A stretch of 64,000 nucleotides of DNA, taken from positions 17,360,001-17,424,000 of the forward strand of contig OZ024743.1 in assembly GCA_964016885.1 (NCBI GenBank). The letters are read 5' to 3'. This DNA is from Eledone cirrhosa. Lineage: Eukaryota. The notes beneath the pieces were generated by a model that did no database searches, was not told the DNA's origin, and was given only the letters and a program-made list of their open reading frames with translations. The translations under genes were made by a program, and so were the position numbers. Each line of letters begins with the position of its first letter. Within the stretch, counting starts at the first letter, position 1. Below, piece after piece: positions 54,489 through 64,000 of the stretch.

Positions 54489-56654
54489 TTATAGCCCTAG
54501 TCTACCCCCCGGGTCATTATGGGGTTTGAGGGCGAGGTAAGTCTTACGCAATCTATGTTTACATGCAGTGACCAGTTCATCTTTCTTGTTTAGGAGTTGG
54601 TCCGTCGAAAACAGCATTTGTAAAGTTTCCTCCGAGCATAAATTGCACGGACGGCGTCCTCCCGTGTAAGAATTGGCTCTGGACAGTAATCTCCAAGTGA
54701 GATCATAGGTGATGTTGTTGTCCTTGAGGTCCCATATGTGCCCCGAAAGTGTAGTGGCGTGACGCCGGGCCGGGTTTCGGAAGGTATGTCTATGTTGGTA
54801 TAGCCTGGTCTTGAAGTCACATGCGGTAAGTCCTATATAGGCTTTGTTGGAGGTATCCGTCCTCACGTTGCACTGGTAGATCACATTACGGTCTCTGCAT
54901 CTATTGTCGAGTGGGCAAATAGATCTATCCGGGCAGTTACACCTCCTGGTCGGTTCTCCGCTGCTATTTAGGTTATTTCTGCCATCGGGGTTGAGTTTTT
55001 TGTTGTTAGAGGAGACGATGTTTTGTGCGAAGTTTGGTGTAGTGCTGTAAGAGAGTTTGATGGTATTTTTGTTAATTATGTTGTGGTAGCGGTGTTGTAA
55101 TGGGAAGTGTTTTTCAATGAGCCTAAAGAATAGTTTCTCGATGGGAGTTGTCACCTCTGCGTTGTGGGGAGGATTGAACCATGTTACATTGCGTGAGCGG
55201 CGGTGTCTCCTGCTGGTTCCGCTAATGGGAGCTGGACAGTAGGATATTTCCTCTCGGAAACCACTCCGCTTGAGGGCCTGGTTGTAATAAGGCGCATGTT
55301 CATCGAATATCCGCTCATTAGCTGACAAACGGGATATGCGGAGGGAGATGTTTTTGACCAGGTTGTTTGTGATGTTCCTAGGATGGTTTAATCGGCGGTG
55401 GATGTAGTGCAGATTGTCATTAGGTTTCCTGTATGGGTAGTACAGGTCGTTTGCGAGGTCGAGGGTCACGTCCAGGAAGTTTACTCGGGTCAGGGACGTT
55501 TGTAGGGTTATTTTAAATCCCCAGTCGCGGAAGAATCTGATTAATTGTTTCCGGACCCGATCTGTACTACTGGGGTTGTACCCTTTAAGGGTAAGGAGCC
55601 CATCATCACGGTACAATCCACCACCGAATGCAGGAAACATATCAGTGAGTTTGGCTATTAGGAATAATCCTATAAGATCTGTGACCTCCGCCGAATCCGT
55701 GGCGCCCATGCTGACGTCGAAGGGTGAGTCGGGAGCTCTTTTTATCCATTTAGAGTCGTCAAAGAGTAAGACTGTCTTCCTGGCGTGGAGGAAGATTTTT
55801 CTTTCCTGGTCGGTGATGGGCACAAGTGTTTCGGCGAAGTCCAAGGCGGCAGTAAGTAGCGGTAAGGTGATTGAAGCATAGTAGCTCTCTATGTCGAACT
55901 GTATGAATTTAGTTTCTCGTTTATCCTCCATATTGCTGAACCAGGAGATTACTTCCTAGGTGTTGATCCATAGGCTAAGTCGGGTGTGTTGCTTGACTTT
56001 TGGTATCACGCGGTCTAGGATTTTTTTGCTGATTCTCCCTATGTCGGACTTCGTAGGGTTAATAAGCCTGATAGAGGGTTTACGGTCAAAATCGGATTTA
56101 TGATCCTTCAGTGTGAAGTATGGTGTCCTTGGGTCTAGAGGTTCCGTGCGGTCGGCGACCCCGAGGCTGGAGGTGATTTGTTGTCCATCTCGATTTATGT
56201 CCTCGATGCAAGTGTGGTTGGCCTTTTTATAGGTGGAGTTTAGGCTGCTCCTGATCAGTGTGTGGTATCTGTCAGGGTTGACAAAGTATAGGTTCCCAGT
56301 TTTATCCGAATGCACCATGATGTCATTTATGTTATCATACTCTGTTAAGTTGCTACGGAGTTTTTGTAGGAATCGGTTGTGTCTGGGTTTAAATTTAATG
56401 TTCTTGACCAGTTGGAAGAGGTCATTCTCGAAGGGTGCGAGCAAGGTGTTCAGGGGCGGAGATTTGTAGGTAATAAATCCGAATCTCTCCTTGGTGCCGA
56501 AGTCTTGGTTGTCGCAATATCTGTCATAGAAAAAAGTTCTCCATCTAAGTCTTTTCGCAAATAGATCGATTTTTTGCGTGAGCATCCGAAGGTAAAGTTT
56601 TTTCGGTGGGATTGGGATGTTCTTGGTAGAGAAGTCAATGTTGTGTTTTCGCAT
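54489..56654 (-). CDS. PLE reverse transcriptase-GIY-YIG endonuclease, 721 codons with one in-frame TAG at 55956-55958
   Basis: MRKHNIDFSTKNIPIP; FDIESYY; MGATDSAEVTDL; LYRDDGL; VNFLDVTL; WFNPP; CNC..CPL..C; VIYQC..AYIGLT..R..H; LCSEE; LLNK; both ORFs in the same frame, joined by *EVISWFSN. Confidence 0.95.
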
Positions 56655-56839
56655 GGTGCGGGTGAAATGAATTGAGCTTAGCGGAAAAGTCTGGATACGG
56701 CGTGGTAGGGTCGGAAAGTGCTCTACTACGGGAGTAGGAGCTAGATAACGAAGGAAATGTGGTAAGGAACCAGGTGGACCATAACGCACCAAAGTACTCA
56801 ATACTTGAGGTAGTAGAGTGGGTAATAGGAACCAGTAAG

Positions 56840-56933
56840 ACCCCGACAGCTGAGCTCAAGCCGTTTCGACGGCTAATTCTGGACTAAATGAAAATTTATC
56901 CTGGTATTTAAATAGCCGATCTTCTCAAGGGGT
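56840..56933 (-). ncRNA. PLE-2 5' pLTR hammerhead, U3-A8 core
   Basis: Identical fold. Confidence 0.82.
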
Positions 56934-58920
56934 AATTCCATATATGGTCAAAGTGATTGTCAAAAATCAGTAGTAATTCTGTGGTTGCAAATTAGTAGGG
57001 GAGATGGTGGCTAAACCTGCCAGTAGGAGAAATAGGGGAGGGGGTGGAATAGACCCAATCAAGCGTTGGTAGTGCCAGCTACAGCTGGGCATGAGGTCAA
57101 AGAAGATACAGGGGAGGGGGAGGGGGAGGAAGTCGGAACGGTAGGTAGAACAATGGGGGGTAGAAAAATATATATAGGAAAGAAAAAATACTGAGAGTGA
57201 AGAAAAGCAAATAAGTGTAAAGAAAAAAATAAAGTAAATTAAATTCTACGACCTAGGTCTCAGGCTATTGTTAGGCTAGAATAAAATAAAGAAAGAAAGA
57301 AGTAAAGAAATAAATAAATAAAGAAATAACGAAATAAGTAAAAGAACTAGGTGGGACGGGATAGGCAAGGACCCTTTTAAGAGGTATAAGTACGTAAATG
57401 ATACGGTGACGGGTCAACAAAAGGGGCCAAAATACTAAAGAGACTACCACGAAATAAACAATAAAGGTTTCCATCCCGGGCCAGCAACGACCCAGTGCAG
57501 CAAAGTGAACTTGTACGAGATAATAATTCTGAGTCCCGAGAAAAATATATACTAATGCTAACTCTAAAAGATCTAAAACAAGCTACATGAAAGTTCGTAC
57601 GAAATAAAGGTAGAATACGGAGAAATTTCTTACACGGGAGGACGCCGTCCGTGCAATTTATGCTCGGAGGAAACTTTACAAATGCTGTTTTCGACGGACC
57701 AACTCCTAAACAAGAAAGATGAACTGGTCACTGCATGTAGACATAGATTGCGTAAGACTTACCTCGCCCTCAAACCCCATAATGACCCGGGGGGGGGGGG
57801 GGTAGACTAGGGCTATAACACCCCACTTGCCGATTTTGCAATGGGTAACCCCTGCTTGCCAAGGAAGACGTAAGATCTTCTTTGTATTCTTTTATCGCTT
57901 CCTTTATTTCCTCCCCCCCTCTCTCCTTAGTCCTTCTACCCCAGCTCTTCTCCTTTGTCGGCGTCTTTTCTCGCCCACCCGAGGCTGCCCTTTGGCCCCA
58001 TGTAGCCTTAGTACCCCCACCACCCCCTCCCCTAGTCTATGATAGATTTGGCGGACTCCGCCCTTTATAGCAGTTGGCTTAGACCCCGGATACTTGCCCC
58101 CTTTTTCCGACCGCTCCCACTATTCTCTGTGCCCTCTATATTTCTTAGTGGCACTTATGCCTTATTTTTTCGTTTCAGTATTTCTTGCTTCGCTTTTCTT
58201 CTTGGCGGGGTGGATTCTGAATTTATTTCTCCGTATTCTACCTTTATTTCGTACGAACTTTCATGTAGCTTGTTTTAGATCTTTTAGAGTTAGCATTAGT
58301 ATATATTTTTCTCGGGACTCAGAATTATTATCTCGTACAAGTTCACTTTGCTGCACTGGGTCGTTGCTGGCCCGGGATGGAAACCTTTATTGTTTATTTC
58401 GTGGTAGTCTCTTTAGTATGTTGGCCCCTTTTGTTGACCCGTCACCGTATCATTTACGTACTTATACCTCTTAAAAGGGTCCTTGCCTATCCCGTCCCAC
58501 CTAGTTCTTTTACTTATTTCGTTATTTCTTTATTTATTTATTTCTTTACTTCTTTCTTTCTTTCTTTATTTTATTCTAGCCTAACAATAGCCTGAGACCT
58601 AGGTCGTAGAATTTAATTTACTTTACTTTTTTCTTTACACTTATTTGCTTTTCTTCACTCTCAGTATTTTTTCTTTCCTATATATATTTTTCTACCCCCC
58701 ATTGTTCTACCTACCGTTCCGACTTCCTCCCCCTCCCCCTCCCCTGTATCTTCTTTGACCTCATGCTTAGCTGTAGCTGGCACTACCAACGCTTGATTGG
58801 GTCTACTCCACCCCTCCCCTCTTTCTCCTACTGGCAGGTTTAGCCACCATCTCCCCTACTAATTTGCAACCACAGAATTACTACTGATTTTTGACAATCA
58901 CTTTGACCATATATGGAATT

Positions 58921-59014
58921 GCCCCTTGAGAAGATCGGCTATTTAAATACCAGGATAAATTTTCATTTAGTCCAGAATTAGCCGTCGAAACGGCTTGAGC
59001 TCAGCTGTCGAGGT
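58921..59014 (+). ncRNA. PLE-2 inverted-copy hammerhead (stem I mismatch)
   Basis: gcccc-TTGAGAA...GTC-gaggt. Confidence 0.72.
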
Positions 59015-59026
59015 CTTACTGGTTCC

Positions 59027-59086
<60 letters not shown>

Positions 59087-59091
<5 letters not shown>

Positions 59092-59815
59092 ATCCTCTGC
59101 CTCCTTCACTGAGGTTGAGACTGTGTCGATGAGTGTGGGGCTGAGAATGAATGAGACTAAAACAAAATATCTGGTAGAGAATGTTAAGAGGCCAGAGGGG
59201 ATCACTAATGTAGGCGGGAAGCCGCTAGAATTGGTTGAGGGCTTCCTGTATTTCGGAGCAAAGATTGGGAATACGGAAGATGATGTGGTTGAGAGGAAGA
59301 GCAAGGCCTGGGCGGCGTGCCACAGCTTGAGATCGGTGTGGAAGTCGGACCTTCGTAGAGACCTGAAAGTCCGCCTCTTCATTGCTGTAGTGGAGTATGT
59401 GCTGCTGTATGGGTCTGAGACTTGGACACTGACCAAGAAACTCACTGAGATGGGGGATGGGTGCTACACGAGAATGTTGTGGATGGCTCTGAACATTAAT
59501 CAGTATACACTGAGGGTGAAAAACTCAGAGCTGTATGGGAGCATCCCAAAAGTCAGGTCAAAAGTGACACAGAGGAGACTGAGGTTAGCTGGACATGCTC
59601 ACCGAGATCCAGAGTTGACATTGCACTCAGTGCTCCTTTGGGAGCGCCTACATGGACACACTAGAAGAGGAAGACCAAGGTTAACGTATGTTGATGCCCT
59701 AAGGACTGACACTGGTCTATTGGAGGCGCAGGACATGGCAGCGATGATGAGGGACAGAGACCGCTGGAGAGAACTCGTCCATGGATCTCGGGAATTTTAC
59801 CCGCCTTAGATAGAT
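59087..59815 (+). mobile_element. 5'-truncated RTE-clade LINE (ORF C-terminus 59123-59809)
   Basis: GLRMNETKTKY, VEGFLYFG, LKVRLF..VLLYGSETWTL, RRLRLAGH, RRGRPR, DRDRWR. Confidence 0.9.
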
Positions 59816-59821
59816 ATATAT

Positions 59822-60410
59822 ATTAATTAAAATAACAGATTAAACTTTAAGCAAAGAATCGCTGCTTTCACTCTTAACGGGATCTTCTGAAACTAACAAA
59901 GTCAATCTGTAAACGCACAAGTGGATATTTTAAAAAACGTTGCAACCGGAGGAAGACAAGAAGACGATACTTTGGTTCGTGGAAACGTTCCCTGGCAAAG
60001 AACGAAAAATCTGTATCAGGAGTTTTAGGTATGTTTTCATGCTTGGTACGGGTATGTTCTTTGTAGAAATATTCTGATGTTGTTTCTGCATGATGAATAT
60101 TAGTCAATAGAGTGCTCAACCGAGGGAGCCAAATGGTAATAATAATAAATTTGGAAGACTAAAATCCAAAGAGGGCTCGATAAGTATAAATATATATCCA
60201 ATATATAAGAACCGTAGAGCAAATATTTATTAAAATAACAGATTAAAGTTTAAGCAAAGAATCGGTTCTTTCACCCTTAACGGGATCTTCTGAAACTAAC
60301 AAAGTCAATCTTTAAACACAGAAGTGGATATTTTAAAAAACGTTCCAACCGGAGGAAGAGAGGAAGACGATACTTTGGTTCGTGGAAACGTTCCCTGGCA
60401 AAGAACGGGA
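59822..60410 (-). mobile_element. Family I: ~403-nt tandem unit (1.45 copies) with U4A hammerhead-like folds at 59844-59894 and 60247-60297
   Basis: Direct repeat period 403; source family of 5783 and 38411 mini-insertions. Confidence 0.75.
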
Positions 60411-60454
60411 AAAAAACGAATATAATACGTCATTAATAGGAGCGGTGAAAAACA

Positions 60455-60922
60455 ATAACTAAGGATTACCGTAAAGCTAATCGGTGCGTCATCAATGAAA
60501 TCAACGATGCTGGGTTTAAAATCACCTCTGATCTCAACATCCTGGACCGGACCGAACCTTTGGACCATATTTCTCCCCACTTTAACCTGAAGGATCACAA
60601 ATCCAATTTTCCGAACAACCCCTCTATTCGGCTTATTAACCCTACGAAGTGCGATTTAGGTAGACTTAGTAAAAGGATTCTTGATAGAATTATACCAGAA
60701 ATTAGAAATTTGGCCCCTCTTGCACTGTGGACCAATTCTTTCGCGATAATTGATTGGTTCAATGGCATATGCAACAAGGAACACTGCCGTATTATCCAAT
60801 TCGACATCAACAATTACTACTCCTCCATCACTTTACCACTGCTCCTTAGAGCTATCAATTTCGCTAAAACACTCACAGTGGTTAACGATTTCGAAGTTGA
60901 TGTCATCCTCAATGCCCTTAAG
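60455..60922 (+). pseudogene. Internal fragment of a fourth PLE of the PLE-2 type (RT N-part)
   Basis: ITKDYRKAN..LDRTEPLD..LKDHKSNF..IRLINPTKCDLGR..QFDINNYYSSI. Confidence 0.88.
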
Positions 60923-61489
60923 ACAAAGAGAGTTTCTCTTATATGCGGTCTTCATTTACAGTGTAACTAAAATAATTTCCGATATATAAGCTTGGTTTCA
61001 CAAGAGAATTGTTCATACTTTTAAATAGGCAGTTTGCCATAGTGTTGAAGTTTAACCTTACGAGGCAGTTGTTACGTTTCAGGTCTAGCTCTTATGAAGA
61101 TATGTAGCTGACATGAGAGTTATTGTTACTCCATGCATTCGAAATTGTTTCGGAAGTCTTGTTATGTATTTCCATGCTAAAGTATGTGACATGCGATGGA
61201 TTTTTATTCGAAAAAGCTATGATCTTTTTTCATCATTGACTTTGTGAAAACAAATCCCTATATTTCCCGGTATTTACTTAACGTAATTGACAAAATCATA
61301 AATATTTTAAACTTCTGATTCCTTTTTATCGACGCATAATGTATACTTGTATATGTAAAACAGATCTACGTTTATTTTGGCATCACATTGCATGTGGGTT
61401 AAACAACATATTTCAAAACTATCCATCTTATTTGTACATATATATTGTGATTTATTAGTAAATGGCAGAAACATAATACGTGTTCCAAA

Positions 61490-61655
<166 letters not shown>

Positions 61656-63039
61656 TGCATATTCTGAGGAATCAATTGAAAATTATGTCAATCAACGCTT
61701 GAAAATCTGATTACAACTATGTGCCAACATGTCTAGTCTTGGAAATTATTTATTATTAAACTTTACTGGACACATTCCAGATCATGTCAAGTAGGCATCC
61801 TTAAAATTCACAATCATACACACATTGACTTCACACCAATATGCGTAGTTGGTAGTACAATGTTCAAAGACAGATGCTTTCACTATTATTTGGGTTTTAT
61901 ATTAATATTCTTCCTCGTGGAAACATGCAGTGTGTATCAATGTAAATTATGTTCTGGATTCAATAATAATCGGTTCTATAGAATGTGATTACGCAACTTC
62001 TGTGTAGCTTGTATTATATGGAAAAGTGAAATAATATACGTACATTTCCAATTGTAAGGACAGTATGAAATTATTCGATGATAATTACACATACATATAT
62101 ATAATATAACTTATGATTATGAAGTATGCAAAAGCATAGTTGTAAATCTAATTTAGATTTAACATACGGTTAAATAGTATCTCTCTATGCGTGGGTCTCT
62201 CTGGTAGTTCTCTATAGTTAGGGCATGTCATATCAGTATATATGTCATTATACTCAAACATATGAGCAGCATGGGTATAAATATGTACTGACTAACATTT
62301 CTGTATAGACGACAACAAATCGATATACGAAATCTATAGAAATTACGAAAATCAGTATTAGCTTATTCAAAGATTAAATGCACCGTGCTGTAGTTGCGCT
62401 CGAATTCACACCTTTTTAAAAATGAGTATAACATTTTATGCGTATTGATTCACGTCGCTGGCTTAGCTGGTGATTGTGATGAACGATTCAATATATGAGA
62501 AATTTGATATTCATTCCATTTCATGAAGGATTTTTGCCAAACATTTGGATTCACTAAATGGCGGCAAAATAGAATATTAAATTCAAAATAGATTAGAAAA
62601 GATAACTCTACGTAGCAAAAGAAAAATAATAAATAAATAAAGATTAGTTGCAAATACGAAACCAACAAGATACAACACAGACTGCGACATACTACTTCAT
62701 CGGAAACATTTCTCTCTTTAAATGACTATATACTATAAATGCCAATATAGTGCAAATGATGAATTACGTATAATAAGTTTATGACTAAATTATCTCCTCA
62801 ATCACGAAAAACAAAACACACATATGTGAATAATTCAACAGGCAACATTTGTACTTGGCGTAAGAGTTTATGCATTTTAGTTGATATACATATAAAATAA
62901 CGCCAATGTTTAATCTAATTATATACATATACTTGCAAAGAGATGCACAAACATACATGCACACACAGAGACACCCTTTCTACGTCCCCAACTGTCTCTG
63001 CCTCAGTCTCTATCACTCTCTCAATTTCTATTTCTCTAC

Positions 63040-63180
<141 letters not shown>

Positions 63181-64000
63181 CATCCATACAACCATATTCA
63201 TATTTATAAGAAAGTGCGTATTTCTATGTAGTATTCATGTATGCTACCTCATTGATGTTTACGTCAGCTGATTTCCAGCGAGATGATAGCATGACACGTA
63301 CTCCTAGACCTACGCTATGCCTTTACAGATAATCTTGAAATACCAGCGGCATTGTTTCTGCGTACAATTCTCACAGCAAATGTCATTATTGTTTTAAATA
63401 TGCATCTCCTTAGATTAGTGCAGTATAGAGCTGAATATACAAATAATTAAATACGTACGGCAAATGCAATCTTGTACGGTGATGACATGTAAGTGTCACG
63501 ATCGCAACAAGTAATGTGTAATATTTCATAATACAAGGTATCCCAAAAATGTATACACACATGAACAGCATCCTAATAAATATTGCATGTGCAGGTAATC
63601 AAATTGTGTATACAGTTTGGGGACACCATGTGCGTTGCCAAACTATTGTGTAAATCAGAATATGTATTATTGTCTGTTAGCATATCTCTCTGAAACTATC
63701 TTAAACATGTTATAAAGCCTTTTGACAGGATAATGAAGCAGCTGCCATAGGACTTCTTTATCTGAGCATGATCAATCTGAAAGTACGTACCCTTGGTTTA
63801 ATTGGAAAACTAGAAGATTTGCTGCATGAATGTGTTTAACAGAGAATCCTGTCTTCCGCCTCCGATGAAAACATCTTAAATGAAACATCAATATCGAGGG
63901 TGCCATTCAATGAAATGTAATGCGGTTAATGATATTCGGGTTAGTTCTATCAGATCTGCTCTGTGTAGTTATGGCAGCCATATAGGAAAGTAAGACGAGC

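Noticed and set aside
55956-55958. Programmed readthrough or selenocysteine in PLE-2
   Set aside because: Codon is TAG not TGA, paralogs have sense codons at this site, and no SECIS or readthrough context was seen
63729-63782. Possible 54-nt host exon (DNEAAAIGLLYLSMINLK, AG/GT flanks)
   Set aside because: No recognisable homology or partner exons; needs RNA-seq

Overview
AT-rich, microsatellite-dense eukaryotic DNA, most likely an octopod cephalopod (inferred from the tRNA-derived Meta-core SINE and the repeat landscape). No host gene could be convincingly supported. The window is dominated by Penelope-like retroelements (PLEs; RT plus C-terminal GIY-YIG endonuclease), including one nearly intact copy (53207-59027, one nonsense codon), plus SINEs, L1/Tx1, RTE, Tc1/mariner and Helentron-like relics. 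The main discovery from reading both strands is about 25 type-I hammerhead ribozyme (HHR) folds in roughly 12 sequence-distinct families. Some sit in PLE pseudo-LTRs. Others define small non-coding tandem units of about 317, 403, 435, 466, 515 and 657 nt with one ribozyme per unit, resembling retrozymes/circular RNAs mobilised by PLE machinery. Many carry non-canonical cores (U3-A8 in four families, U4C, U4A) that a CUGANGA-only search would miss. Almost every insertion lies in a (TA)n tract and has two outward-facing 3' ends. All folds were paired by eye; activity is untested.
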